A DNA stretch of 49,845 bases from Acidobacteriota bacterium (GCA_003695625.1 RFIB01000337.1:1-49845); one strand, 5' to 3'; positions 9,427 to 21,263 are shown, numbered from the stretch's first letter. Notes: generated from the letters alone by a model not told the origin. A program made the numbers and translations.

Positions 9427-9502
9427 CGGTTCCTCCGTGAACCGCCGCCGGCCGACGGCGGCGCACTCTGGCCGGTTCGGCCGGCCGTGCCCGCAGGGCG
9501 AA

Positions 9503-9530
9503 TCTATATCCCTGCCCCCGACGGAGGCAA
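9503..9530 (-). promoter_or_regulatory. Candidate promoter for the LysM gene (TTGCCT-N16-TATAGA)
   Basis: On the minus strand, TTGCCT at 9530-9525, a 16-nt spacer, and TATAGA at 9508-9503, within the 112-nt gap upstream of the LysM gene. Confidence 0.35.
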
Positions 9531-9538
9531 CGGCTGTT

Positions 9539-10117
9539 TCAGCCTGTTTCGTTTTGTTCGTCCCGCGTCGCGGAGAGCGTCGCCGCGGTCAGGCCGGTGT
9601 CCCCGTAGCGCCGCTGCCAGGCGATCTCGAGCCCGGGCAGTTCAGGACAGCGGCCGGCGCGGTGCTCGACAACGACGAGGCTCGCACCGTCGAGCCAGCC
9701 CCGCCGCACGAGACGGCCGATCCAGCGCGGCACCACGGGGGCGTCCCACGGAGGATCGAGGTAGACGACGCCGACCGGCCGGGGGCCCTCGCCGCGGTCG
9801 AGGAACGCGCCGGCGTCCGCCGCCACGATCCGCAGGCGCGGATCGTCCGCCAGGCCGAGACGCTCGACGTTCGCCTCGATCACGCGCAGGGCGGCGCGGG
9901 CCCGTTCGACGAGCACGACCGGCTCGGCGCCGCGGGAGAGCGCCTCGAGCCCGACCGCACCGGTGCCCGCGGCAAGGTCGACGAACGGCCGGCCGGCGAC
10001 CGTCGATCCGAGCAGGTTGAACAGCGCCTCGCGCACGGGATCCGCCGTCGGGCGCACGCCGTGGCGCGGGGGTGGCGCGAGCCGGCGCCCGCGCAAGGCG
10101 CCGCCGACGATCCTCAA
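9539..10117 (-). CDS. rsmD: 16S rRNA (guanine966-N2)-methyltransferase RsmD
   Basis: RsmD hallmarks RPTADPVREALFN, DLAAGTGAVGLEALSRGA and the DPPW motif. The TTG start overlaps the exbD stop as TTGA. Confidence 0.9.
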   Translation of the reverse strand: MRIVGGALRGRRLAPPPRHGVRPTADPVREALFNLLGSTVAGRPFVDLAAGTGAVGLEALSRGAEPVVLVERARAALRVIEANVERLGLADDPRLRIVAADAGAFLDRGEGPRPVGVVYLDPPWDAPVVPRWIGRLVRRGWLDGASLVVVEHRAGRCPELPGLEIAWQRRYGDTGLTAATLSATRDEQNETG

Positions 10118-10545
10118 CGCGGCTCGTCCCCGCCGGGATCCTCGGCCCTGCGGAACGTGGCCAGGGTCAGCCCCTGGGCGCCCAGGTCCCGCACCATGTC
10201 GATCACGGCGACGATCGTCTCGTACTGCGCGCGGCGGTCGCCGCGCACGAGGGCGACCTTGGGTTCCGCCTGGGCGAGCGCCTCGGCGACGACCGGGCGG
10301 GCCGCCTCGACGTCCTCGAACACCTTCCCGGCGACCTCGATCCGACCGTCCTGACCGATGCTGATCTCGACCGGCCCGCTCGGCTGGCTTGCCGCCGTGC
10401 CGGCGCTCGGCAGCGAGACCGGCAGTCCGGTGCCGCTCTTGAACGTCGTCGAGACGGTGAAGAAGATGATCAGCAGGAAGACGACGTCGACCAGCGGCGA
10501 CATGTCGATCGACGGTTTCTCCCGCCGGCGCGGCAGGAACTCCAT
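10114..10545 (-). CDS. exbD: Biopolymer transport protein ExbD/TolR
   Basis: N-terminal IDMSPLVDVVFLLIIFF transmembrane signature and a periplasmic ExbD domain. The ATG lies 1 nt after the exbB stop. Confidence 0.9.
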   Translation of the reverse strand: MEFLPRRREKPSIDMSPLVDVVFLLIIFFTVSTTFKSGTGLPVSLPSAGTAASQPSGPVEISIGQDGRIEVAGKVFEDVEAARPVVAEALAQAEPKVALVRGDRRAQYETIVAVIDMVRDLGAQGLTLATFRRAEDPGGDEPR

Positions 10546-10546
10546 C

Positions 10547-11233
10547 TCAGCGGTCCCCGCCCCCTGCGGCCGCGATCCCTTCGGGCTCCGCCGCCGCACG
10601 GATCGTCGACGCGGCCTCCGGCTGGGCGCTGCGCACGATCTCGTGGCACGCCGCCTCCATCGCCAGCACCAGCCGCTCGGCGCGCGACGACAGCACGTTG
10701 TACAGCACGAGGCTCGGAATGCCGACCGACAGACCGAACGCCGTCGTCAGCAGCGCGACGGCGATCCCCGACGAGAGCCCTTCGCCGCCCCCCGGACCGG
10801 TGAGCGAGATCGTGCGGAACACCTCGATCATCCCGAGGACCGTGCCGAGCAGTCCCATCAGCGGCGCGACCGAGGCGACGGTTCCGACGAGACCGAGTCC
10901 GCGGATCAGCCGCGGCGCCTCGCGCCGGCCGGCGTCGGCGATCGCCTCCCGCACCGCCTCGAACCCGTGTCCCCACCAGTCGAGGCCCGCGAGCGCAATC
11001 TCCGCGAACGGGCTGCCGTCGGCCCGGCAGACGGCCCGCGCCTCGTCGATCCGTCCGGCGCGCACCAGCCGCAGCACCTCGTCGACGGTCCGCCCCGGCA
11101 GCACGCGGCTGCGCCGCAGCATCCAGAACCGCTCGATGGCGACGGTCAGGGCGAGGACCGACGCGACCAGGATCGGCCACATCATCCAGCCGCCGCGCTC
11201 GAACAGTTGCCAGAGGGTTCCGAACACGCTCAC
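10547..11233 (-). CDS. exbB: MotA/TolQ/ExbB proton channel protein
   Basis: Motifs GGWMMWPILVASVLALTVAIER, PLMGLLGTVLGMIEVF and ALLTTAFGLSVGIP. The GTG start overlaps the helicase stop as GTGA. Confidence 0.9.
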   Translation of the reverse strand: MSVFGTLWQLFERGGWMMWPILVASVLALTVAIERFWMLRRSRVLPGRTVDEVLRLVRAGRIDEARAVCRADGSPFAEIALAGLDWWGHGFEAVREAIADAGRREAPRLIRGLGLVGTVASVAPLMGLLGTVLGMIEVFRTISLTGPGGGEGLSSGIAVALLTTAFGLSVGIPSLVLYNVLSSRAERLVLAMEAACHEIVRSAQPEAASTIRAAAEPEGIAAAGGGDR

Positions 11234-12447
11234 CGGCCCGTCCTCTTCCCGCCACGGCGGCGCCCGCCGCCTCCGCCGCCGCGCTTGCGTCCCTCGCGGC
11301 GGCCGCCCGAGCGCTCCTTGCGCCCGAGATCCGTCGAGGGGATTCCCGGCAGATCGCTGCGCGGCACGGGCGCGCCGAGCAGCTTCTCGATCGCGGTGAC
11401 CTTGTCGCGGTCGGCCGGCGTCGCGAGGCTGAACGCCTCGCCGCGACGCTCCGCCCGGCCGGTGCGTCCGACGCGGTGGACGTAGTCCTCGGCGCTGCGC
11501 GGCAGGTCGTAGTTCACGACCACGTCGATGTCGACGACGTCGAGTCCGCGCGCGGCGACGTCGGTGGCGACCATCACGTCGAACTCTCCCTTGCGGAACG
11601 CCGCGAGCGCCCGCTCGCGATTCGCCTGGGACAGCAGGCTCGAGAGCGAGATCACCTCGTGGCCTCGGCGGCGCAGCGCCCGCGCCAGTTCCGAGGTCGC
11701 CTCGCGCGTGGCGGTGAACACCAGCACCTTGCGCCCGCGCTGCCGGTCGAGCAGCGCGACCAGCGCATCGCGCTTCGAACGCTCGGGCACGACGAACATC
11801 ACCTGGTCGATGCCCTCGGCGGTGACCTTTTCCGCCTCGATGCGGACGGTTTCCGGATGGAGCATGAACCGTTCCGCGAGCTGGGCGATCTCCGCCGGCA
11901 TCGTCGCCGAGAACAGCATCGTCTGCCGCGACATCGGCACGCGGCTGCAGATGCGCACGATGTCGTCGATGAACCCCATGTCGAGCATCCGGTCGGCCTC
12001 GTCGAGCACCAGGTACCGGATGTAGCGCGGACGGAACCACGCCGAGCCGAGGAAGTCGATCAGCCGGCCCGGCGTGCCCACGACGATGTCGGGACCGGCC
12101 TCCAGCTCGGCGCGCTGCGGGCCGAGCGAGGTCCCGCCGTAGAGCAGCGCGGTCTCGATGCCCAGCGCGCCGCCGATCTCGCGCGCCACGCCGCCGACCT
12201 GCTGGGCCAGTTCGCGCGTCGGGCAGACCACGAGCGCCTGGACGTTTCCGCTCGGCTCGAGCCGGTCGAGGATCGGCACGAGGAACGCCAGCGTCTTGCC
12301 GGTTCCGGTCTGGGCCACGCCGATCACGTCGTGGCCGCCGAGCGCCAGCGGGATCACCTGTTCCTGGATCGGAGTCGGTTCGACGAATCCGCGCTCGGCA
12401 AGCGCCTCGCGCAGCGGTTCGCGGATCGGCAGATCGGAGAACTTCAT
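11230..12447 (-). CDS. DEAD-box ATP-dependent RNA helicase with Arg/Gly-rich tail
   Basis: Q motif (GFVEPTPIQ), AQTGTGKT, DEAD, SAT and HRVGRTGRA motifs. C-terminal RGG-like tail. ATG at 12447 with a GGAGGA SD. Confidence 0.93.
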   Translation of the reverse strand: MKFSDLPIREPLREALAERGFVEPTPIQEQVIPLALGGHDVIGVAQTGTGKTLAFLVPILDRLEPSGNVQALVVCPTRELAQQVGGVAREIGGALGIETALLYGGTSLGPQRAELEAGPDIVVGTPGRLIDFLGSAWFRPRYIRYLVLDEADRMLDMGFIDDIVRICSRVPMSRQTMLFSATMPAEIAQLAERFMLHPETVRIEAEKVTAEGIDQVMFVVPERSKRDALVALLDRQRGRKVLVFTATREATSELARALRRRGHEVISLSSLLSQANRERALAAFRKGEFDVMVATDVAARGLDVVDIDVVVNYDLPRSAEDYVHRVGRTGRAERRGEAFSLATPADRDKVTAIEKLLGAPVPRSDLPGIPSTDLGRKERSGGRREGRKRGGGGGGRRRGGKRTGR

Positions 12448-12515
12448 CGTTTCGGTATCGATTCCTCCGGGGCGCGGCGGCGAGCATAGCACCCGGGACG
12501 GCCGGTCGCCGCGCA

Positions 12516-13655
12516 TCAGAACTCGCCCCGGTAGCGCATCCATTCGAGCTGCCGCTCCATCTGGCGGGCCGTCTCGAAACGCGAGATGCGGAACCGCCAG
12601 GTCACGCCCTCGGCATCCCGCGGGAAGTCCTCGGGCAGCGGGGGGATCACCGCCCGCTGGATCGCCGCCGCGGATGCATCGTCGAGCGTCGGGAGGACCG
12701 ACGCGTCGAGGATGCGCAGGTCGCTGACGCTGCCGTCGCGGTGGAGCGTCACGTGGATCGTCACCTCCGCGTCGAGGCTCGGCAGGCCGAGCAGCGCCTG
12801 GTCCCGCTCGAAACGCCGGATGCGGCCGTGGAGTTCCCGCAGCCACGCCCGGTAGACGGCGAAGTAGAGCTTGGTCGAGTAGTCGCTCCAGTCGTAGTCG
12901 CGGCTGTCGAAGCGGAGGTTGTCGGCCCAGAATCCGCCGGTCGCCGGCACGTCGAAGTCGGGCGCGCGGCGGACGCGGGGCCGCTCCGGGGTCGAGCGGC
13001 GCGGCTGCTCCGGCGTCGGCTCGCGCTCCGGAACCGGCGGGAACGGCAGCGGCGCCTCCCCGGCGCGGGGCGCGTCCTCGGCGCGGGCCGGCGCCTCGAG
13101 CGGGGCGCCCGGCTCCTGCTCGGGAGCCGGCTCCGGCTCCCGCAGCGGCGGACGCCCTGACGGCGCGCTCTCGGCGGGCGCATCGGAGGGGGGCTCCGGC
13201 TCGGCGGGTTCGGGCTCCTCGGTCGGTCGCGGGGAGACCGGCGCGTCCTCGGGGCCCGGCTCCGGCTTCGGCGGCGCGTGGATCTCGTCCTCGGGTCCCT
13301 GGGGACGCAGCGGTTGTGCCTCGACCTCGCCCTCCGGCGAACTGAACCCGAGCAGGCTGCTGTCGGGCGACTCGCCGCTCTCGTCGCGTGCCGGCTGCGT
13401 CTCGTCGGGGGGCGGCTCGGCAGGGGCCGGTTCCGGAGCCGTCGCCTGCGGCTCGGGTGGCGGCTCCGGCTCGACGAACGTCAATGGCACCTCGACGGGC
13501 TGCTCCTCGGGCGGTTCCGGGGCCGCCAGCGCCACCAGTCCGGCCACGATCAGCACCAGCAGATGCAGCAGCAGCGAGACGACCAGCGCGACGAGGTACG
13601 CCGCGCGTTCGTCGCCGTCGGTCCCGGCGACTGCGAACCGTCCGGCCGCGGTCAC
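12516..13655 (-). CDS. TonB/TolA-like energy transducer (TM anchor, long acidic Pro-rich linker, TonB_C domain)
   Basis: TM helix AAYLVALVVSLLLHLLVLIVAGLVAL, a Pro/Glu-rich linker of about 250 aa, and a C-terminal TonB-like domain (VTIHVTLHRDGSVSDLRILDAS...LDDASAAAIQRA). The GTG start overlaps the upstream stop as GTGA. Confidence 0.8.
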   Translation of the reverse strand: MTAAGRFAVAGTDGDERAAYLVALVVSLLLHLLVLIVAGLVALAAPEPPEEQPVEVPLTFVEPEPPPEPQATAPEPAPAEPPPDETQPARDESGESPDSSLLGFSSPEGEVEAQPLRPQGPEDEIHAPPKPEPGPEDAPVSPRPTEEPEPAEPEPPSDAPAESAPSGRPPLREPEPAPEQEPGAPLEAPARAEDAPRAGEAPLPFPPVPEREPTPEQPRRSTPERPRVRRAPDFDVPATGGFWADNLRFDSRDYDWSDYSTKLYFAVYRAWLRELHGRIRRFERDQALLGLPSLDAEVTIHVTLHRDGSVSDLRILDASVLPTLDDASAAAIQRAVIPPLPEDFPRDAEGVTWRFRISRFETARQMERQLEWMRYRGEF

Positions 13656-14806
13656 GAGGGGGCCTCGCGCATCAGCTCGAGCACCGCGCCGTGGAACGCG
13701 CGTCGCCGGTCCTGCATCGGCGCCTCGCGCCAGCGCGGATGGACGCGGTTGGTCAGCAGCACGGCCACGACATCGTGCTCCGGCGAGATCCAGACGGATG
13801 TCCCGGTGAACCCGGTGTGCCCGAACGAGCGCGGGCCGAACGGCCCCGCGGGGGCCGACGGCGCCTCGCCGGACTGGAACGCGAACGTCCTCGATTCGTT
13901 CCCGCCCCGCACGCACGGCGTGCGCACCAGCTCGGCCGCCAGCCGGTCGAACGGTCGCGCGCCGGCTGCCAGCGCCGAGGCGACCGTGAACGCGGCCCGC
14001 GCGGTGATGAACAGTCCCGCGTTGCCGGCGCTGCCGCCGAGCAGCGCCGCGTTCCCGTCGTGCACCTTTCCGCGCAGCACGACGTCCGGACCCGGGACGA
14101 ACCGCCGGCCGAGCGGACTGTCCGGCCGTTCGCGCGCGGCGAGTTCCGCCTCGCGCACCCGGCCCCGCTCGGTCGGGGCGACGCGCGCGATGTCGCCCCC
14201 GGTCACGGGCCCGCAGCAGGCCTCACCGGAGTCGAGTCCGAGCGGCTCGAGCACCTCGCGGACGACCAGCGTCGCCAGCGGGACGCCGAAGCGCCGTTCG
14301 AGGGCGATGCCTGCGGCGATCGGCCCGAGGCAGGAATAGACCGGCTCGTCAGGCGAACCGCCCGCGGCGAGTCGTGCGATCAGCTCCGGCACGCGCTCCG
14401 GATCCTCGGTCTCGCGATACAGCGGGAACCACGCCGGCAGGCCGGCCCGGTGCGCGAGCAGGTCGGCGAGCGAGGGCGGACCGCCGGGCGCCCGCTCGAA
14501 CTCGGGCAGCTCGGCGTCGAGCGGCTCGTCGGGATCGAGGCGGCCCTCGGCCGCCAGGGCCAGGACGACCGCCCCGAGGGCCAGCGGCTTGGTCAGGCTC
14601 GCCGCGTCGTAGAGCCCGTCGACCCGCGCCGGCTCGTCCCGCGGCTCGACGGACAGCCGGCCCACGGCACCACCGAAGGTCGGGGCGGACGCGCCGATCC
14701 TGCCCGCCGCCCAGCTCGCACCGGGCCAGTCCCCGGCGCGGGCGCGCTCCGCCAGCAGCGCGTCGACCGGCGTGGACGAGGAGGAGACGGGAGGCCGGGC
14801 GTCCAT
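13652..14806 (-). CDS. Serine hydrolase, beta-lactamase/transpeptidase-like family
   Basis: SxxK motif (ASLTK) in the expected N-terminal context, with family-typical FGHTGFTGTS near the C-terminus. I chose the ATG at 14806. Confidence 0.85.
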   Translation of the reverse strand: MDARPPVSSSSTPVDALLAERARAGDWPGASWAAGRIGASAPTFGGAVGRLSVEPRDEPARVDGLYDAASLTKPLALGAVVLALAAEGRLDPDEPLDAELPEFERAPGGPPSLADLLAHRAGLPAWFPLYRETEDPERVPELIARLAAGGSPDEPVYSCLGPIAAGIALERRFGVPLATLVVREVLEPLGLDSGEACCGPVTGGDIARVAPTERGRVREAELAARERPDSPLGRRFVPGPDVVLRGKVHDGNAALLGGSAGNAGLFITARAAFTVASALAAGARPFDRLAAELVRTPCVRGGNESRTFAFQSGEAPSAPAGPFGPRSFGHTGFTGTSVWISPEHDVVAVLLTNRVHPRWREAPMQDRRRAFHGAVLELMREAPS

Positions 14807-14829
14807 CGGACCCCCATCTTCCGCGCGCC

Positions 14830-14844
14830 GCCGGTTTCGTGCCA
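14830..14844 (-). promoter_or_regulatory. Weak candidate sigma-54 -24/-12 element (TGGCACG-N4-CCGGC)
   Basis: The minus strand reads TGGCACGAAACCGGC. The -24 half is perfect, and GC sits at the correct -12 spacing, but there is no TTGC. It lies in the 62-nt gap upstream of the hydrolase gene. This could be a chance match in GC-rich DNA. Confidence 0.2.
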
Positions 14845-14868
14845 GCCCCCGGGGCGGGCCGGCGCCGC

Positions 14869-15822
14869 TCAGCGGAACTCCTCCTGCTCGGCGCGGATCG
14901 CGTCCCGGATCGCCAGCGCGAGTTCGAGCGCGCGCAGGCCCTCCTCGCCGCTGCACGGACCGGACTCCCCGCGCGCTGCGGCCGCCGCGAAGTCGCGCAG
15001 CTCGATCCTGAGCGGCTCCTCCGCGGGAACGTCGACCTGGTCCATCACCACCTGGGGCAGCGGCCCGTCACCGGCGGGCGCGATGCGGAACACGGCCAGC
15101 GATCCGCGCGCCGTGTCGCAGCTCGCGTAGCGCCCGGGCTCGAACACGCGCACCCTGCGCACCGCCTCGAGGCTGATCCGGCTTGCGGTCAGGTTCGCCG
15201 CTGCCCCGTTGTCGAAGCGGAGCCGCACCGACGCGATGTCGATCCGGTCGGTCAGCGCGGGCGTGCCGCTGGCATCGAGGTGCCGGATCGAGACGTCGCC
15301 GATCAGGAACCGGCACAGGTCGAGGTCGTGGATCATCAGGTCGAGGATCACGTCGACGTCGAGGCTGCGCGGCTTGAACGGCGCGAGGCGGTGGATCTCC
15401 AGATAGCGCGGATCGGTCAGCCGCTCGCGCAGCGCACGGATCGCCGGCTGGCAGCGCTCGATGTGCCCGACGGCGAGGGGGACGCCCGCCTCGCGGGCCC
15501 GCGCGATCATCCGCCGCCCGGCCTCGCCGTCGGGAGCGATCGGCTTTTCGACCAGCACCGCCACGCCGCGGTCGATCAGCGGCGCCGCCGCCTGCTCGTG
15601 GGCCACCGTCGGTGCGGCAACCGACGCGATGTCGATCTCCCGGGCGAGCGCATCCGGATCGTCGAACGCCCGCACGCCGAAGCGGCCGGCGATCTCCTCG
15701 GCCCGCGCGCGATCGGTGTCGAACACGCCGACCAGGCGCGTCGCGTCCAGCTCGTGGTAGACGCGGGCATGGTGCTGGCCGAGGTGTCCAACCCCGACCA
15801 CGCCGGCCCGCAGCGGCTTCAC
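14869..15822 (-). CDS. Gfo/Idh/MocA family oxidoreductase (possible UDP-GlcNAc 3-dehydrogenase, GnnA-like)
   Basis: N-terminal Rossmann motif GVVGVGHLG and the EKP motif (VLVEKPIA). The GTG start overlaps the lpxA stop as GTGA. Confidence 0.88.
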   Translation of the reverse strand: MKPLRAGVVGVGHLGQHHARVYHELDATRLVGVFDTDRARAEEIAGRFGVRAFDDPDALAREIDIASVAAPTVAHEQAAAPLIDRGVAVLVEKPIAPDGEAGRRMIARAREAGVPLAVGHIERCQPAIRALRERLTDPRYLEIHRLAPFKPRSLDVDVILDLMIHDLDLCRFLIGDVSIRHLDASGTPALTDRIDIASVRLRFDNGAAANLTASRISLEAVRRVRVFEPGRYASCDTARGSLAVFRIAPAGDGPLPQVVMDQVDVPAEEPLRIELRDFAAAAARGESGPCSGEEGLRALELALAIRDAIRAEQEEFR

Positions 15823-16628
15823 GGCGCGGCCCCGAGCCGGATCGGGATCACGCCGCGCTGCGAGCCACGGATGAACGCGATCATCTCGCGGACCTCCGGC
15901 ACGTGACCGAGCTCCTGCTCGACCGACGCGAGCGCATCTTCGCGGCGGGCCCCCGGCCGGAACAGCGCCCGCGCGGCGCGGTCGAGCGCGCGGATCGTGT
16001 CGCGCGGAAAGCCCGCGCGCTTGAGGCCGACGATGTTGATCCCGTAGCACAGCGCCCGATTGCCGACGGTCAGGCAGTAGGGCAGCGCGTCGCGCGTGAC
16101 GACGGAGTAGCCGCCGATGAACGCGTGGCGCCCGATGCGGCAGAACTGGTGCACCCCGGAGAACGCGCCGATCGTCGCGTGATCCTCGACAACGACGTGA
16201 CCGGCGAGCGTCCCCGCATTGGCGAAGATCACGTGATCCCCGATCACGCAGTCGTGAGCGATGTGGGATCCGACCATGAAGAAGCCGTCGTTGCCGATCC
16301 GCGTCACGCCACCGCCGCCGCGGGTGCCGCGATGCACCTGGCAGTACTCGCGCAGCACGTTGCGGTCGCCGATGATCACCTCCGTCGGCGCCCCGTCGTA
16401 CTTGAGATCCTGCGGCGGATAGCCGATCGCGCAGTACGGCCAGACGCGGTTGTCCTCGCCGATCGTCACGCGGCCGTCGATCGTGACGTGCGGTCCGATC
16501 CGCGTGCCGCGCCCGATGCGGACCTCCGGACCGATGATGCTGAACGGGCCGACGGACACGTCGTCGGCCAGGCTCGCGTCCGGGTGCACGATCGCGCGGT
16601 CGTCGATTCCCTGGAGCCAGTCGATCAC
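15819..16628 (-). CDS. lpxA: Acyl-ACP--UDP-N-acetylglucosamine O-acyltransferase LpxA
   Basis: Left-handed beta-helix hexapeptide repeats and an LpxA C-terminal helical domain ([10 protein letters not shown]). Sits in lpxD-fabZ-lpxA synteny. The GTG start overlaps the fabZ stop. Confidence 0.93.
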   Translation of the reverse strand: MIDWLQGIDDRAIVHPDASLADDVSVGPFSIIGPEVRIGRGTRIGPHVTIDGRVTIGEDNRVWPYCAIGYPPQDLKYDGAPTEVIIGDRNVLREYCQVHRGTRGGGGVTRIGNDGFFMVGSHIAHDCVIGDHVIFANAGTLAGHVVVEDHATIGAFSGVHQFCRIGRHAFIGGYSVVTRDALPYCLTVGNRALCYGINIVGLKRAGFPRDTIRALDRAARALFRPGARREDALASVEQELGHVPEVREMIAFIRGSQRGVIPIRLGAAP

Positions 16629-17068
16629 GTGCGGTCCACCATCGCCGACATCAGCGTCGCCTCGGCGGCAACCTCGCCGTCGACCGTCGCCACCGCGCGC
16701 ATCTTCGCGGCGCGCGGGCGAAGGCGCAGCACGTCGAGCTCGAGCCGGAGCTGGTCGCCGGGGACCACCGGCCGGCGGAAGCGGCACTCGTCGATCCCGG
16801 TGAAGTAGACCAGCTTCTGCCGGCGGTCCTCGACCTCGAGCAGGATCAGCACCGCGGCCGCCTGGGCCAGCGCCTCGATGATCAGCACGCCCGGCATCAC
16901 CGGCGCGCCCGGAAAGTGCCCGAGGAAGAACGGCTCGTTGAAGGTGACGTTCTTGATCGCGACGACGCGCCGGCGCCGCTCGAACTCGACCACGCGGTCG
17001 ACCAGCAGGAACGGGTAGCGGTGCGGGATCAGCTCGAGGATCCTCGTGATGTCGATCGGCTCGCTCAC
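16625..17068 (-). CDS. fabZ: 3-hydroxyacyl-ACP dehydratase FabZ
   Basis: Motifs [36 protein letters not shown]. The GTG start overlaps the lpxD stop. Confidence 0.95.
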   Translation of the reverse strand: MSEPIDITRILELIPHRYPFLLVDRVVEFERRRRVVAIKNVTFNEPFFLGHFPGAPVMPGVLIIEALAQAAAVLILLEVEDRRQKLVYFTGIDECRFRRPVVPGDQLRLELDVLRLRPRAAKMRAVATVDGEVAAEATLMSAMVDRT

Positions 17069-18120
17069 GTCGTCTCGTCCTCCTCGGCAGGCTTGCCGGG
17101 ACGCCGCAGCAGCGTCTTCCACAGCTCCGGGAGCCGGGCCTGGATCGCGGCCAGTCTACGCCAGCGGGACAGCGGCATCGCCGGGATGCCGGCGACGGCG
17201 GCCCCGGGCTCCACGTCGCCGAACACCGCCGTCTTGGCGGCGACGATCGCGCCGTCGCCGACGGCGACGTGGTCGGCGAGCCCCGACTGGCCGCCGACGA
17301 GCACGCCGCGCCCGAGCCGGCTGCTGCCGGAGAGCCCGGACTGGGCCGCGATCATCGCATCCTCGCCGACCTCGGCGTTGTGCCCGATCTGGACCAGGTT
17401 GTCGATCCGCGCGCCGCGCCGCAGCACCGTCTGCCCGAACGTCGCGCGGTCGACCGTCGCGTTGGCGCCGATCTCGACCCCGTCCTCGAGGACGACCTGC
17501 CCGACGTGCGGCACGCGGACGGCCCGTCCCGCGGCGTCGCGGGCGTGGCCGAATCCCGGCGCGCCGACGACCGCCCCGGCGAGCAGCCGGCAGGCGCGGC
17601 CGATTCTCGTGTTCGGGTAGATCACGACCCGCGGATCGACGACGGTCTCCTCGCCGATCTCGACGCCGTCGAGCACGACCGCGCCCGCCCCGATCACGAC
17701 GCGCGGTCCGACGACGACCTCTTCGCCGATCACCGCCAGCGGTCCGACGGTGGCCGTGGGGTCGACCTGCGCCGATGCGGCGACCCGCGCGAGCGGGTCG
17801 ATTCCGGGCGCGGGCCGCCGGACCGGGCGCAGGATCGCGATCGCCCGCGCGAAGTCGGCCTTGGGCGCCGGGGACACGAGCAGCGGACGGCCGCGGAGAC
17901 GGGACGCCGCGCCCTCCGGCACGATCAGCGCGCCGGCGCCCGACGACACCGCGTCGGCCAGGCGCCGCGTATCGTACAGCGCGGCCAGATCGCGCGGACC
18001 GGCGCCGTCGAGCGGCGCGACGTCCTCGATCAGCAGGTCCGCCCCGGTCTCCGGCCCGGGCAGGCCGAGTTCTCCGGCCAGCCGGCCCAGCGTCCGCGGC
18101 GCCCGATCGCGGGGAAGCAC
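17065..18120 (-). CDS. lpxD: UDP-3-O-acylglucosamine N-acyltransferase LpxD
   Basis: An LpxD N-terminal domain followed by hexapeptide repeats ([23 protein letters not shown]). Synteny supports the call. GTG start at 18120. Confidence 0.93.
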   Translation of the reverse strand: MLPRDRAPRTLGRLAGELGLPGPETGADLLIEDVAPLDGAGPRDLAALYDTRRLADAVSSGAGALIVPEGAASRLRGRPLLVSPAPKADFARAIAILRPVRRPAPGIDPLARVAASAQVDPTATVGPLAVIGEEVVVGPRVVIGAGAVVLDGVEIGEETVVDPRVVIYPNTRIGRACRLLAGAVVGAPGFGHARDAAGRAVRVPHVGQVVLEDGVEIGANATVDRATFGQTVLRRGARIDNLVQIGHNAEVGEDAMIAAQSGLSGSSRLGRGVLVGGQSGLADHVAVGDGAIVAAKTAVFGDVEPGAAVAGIPAMPLSRWRRLAAIQARLPELWKTLLRRPGKPAEEDETT

Positions 18121-18129
18121 CGCCCGCGA

Positions 18130-18663
18130 TCAGCCGTTGCCGGCCGACTGCTGGTCGACGATCCTGATCAGCTCGTCGGTGATGTCGATCGACGGCGAGA
18201 AGTACGGCACGACCTCGACCGGCAGCAGCAGCGTGTAGCCGTTCTTCTTGCCGTAGTCGCGCACCAGCTCGAGCATCTTGCGCTGCCACTCGAGCTGCGC
18301 CGACTCGACCTCGACCTGGAGCTCCTGGTTGGCCGACTTCTGGGCGCCCTCGAGTTCGACCTGCTTGCGCTGGATCCGCAGGCCGAGTTCCTTGCGCTTC
18401 TCCTCGGACAGGCTCGTCGACGTGGCGAGGAACTCCTGCTGCAGCGCCTGCAGTTCCTTCTGCAGCCCCTCGAGCTCCTTGCGCTTCTTCTCCTGCAGCG
18501 CCGTCAGGCGGGCCTTGATCCTGGCCCCCTCGGCGGTCTCGGCCGAGATCCGCTCGGCGTCGAACACGCCGACCTTGAGCTGCTGCGCCGACGCGGGCGC
18601 CGCGGCGACGAGACCCAGTCCGGCGCACAGGCCGGCGAGTGCGAGCATGCGCTTGATGGTCAT
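18130..18663 (-). CDS. skp: OmpH/Skp family periplasmic chaperone
   Basis: Signal peptide MTIKRMLALAGLCAGLGLVAAAPASA, then a Lys/Glu/Gln-rich coiled coil. It sits directly upstream of lpxD, the canonical skp position. SD is AGGAAGG. Confidence 0.85.
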   Translation of the reverse strand: MTIKRMLALAGLCAGLGLVAAAPASAQQLKVGVFDAERISAETAEGARIKARLTALQEKKRKELEGLQKELQALQQEFLATSTSLSEEKRKELGLRIQRKQVELEGAQKSANQELQVEVESAQLEWQRKMLELVRDYGKKNGYTLLLPVEVVPYFSPSIDITDELIRIVDQQSAGNG

Positions 18664-18824
18664 CCTTCCTGCTCCTCGTGGTTTCCGTCCCGATCCGGCG
18701 GCCGGGCCGCCCCCCCGGGCGACGCGCCGCACGGGCTGCGGGCCGCGGCCCCCGGTCGCGGCCCGAAGCGCGGATTCTAGCCCGAACGACGCTCCGGCGC
18801 CGCGCGGCGCGCGGGCCCGTCGGA

Positions 18825-21259
<2,435 letters not shown>

Positions 21260-21263
<4 letters not shown>

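Noticed and set aside
7919-9466. A 515-codon minus-strand ORF that would swallow the LysM gene region.
   Set aside because: The LysM frame (8233..9426) has a signal peptide, a LysM motif and a strong SD. The 515-codon frame is Arg/Gly/Pro-rich noise, except for its final ~65 codons, which I report separately as a VOC remnant.
9531-9560. GGCTG-TTT-CAGCC followed by a T-rich run (TGTTTCGTTTTGTT), which looks like a + strand intrinsic terminator.
   Set aside because: No + strand gene lies upstream. The T-run is the complement of the last rsmD codons (…DEQNETG), and the stem is only 5 bp.
12919-13809. A Gly/Ser-rich 296-aa ORF on the + strand.
   Set aside because: It is the exact antisense of the Pro/Glu-rich TonB-like linker; CCG/GAG codons read as Gly/Ser/Ala on the complement. 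Not an independent gene.
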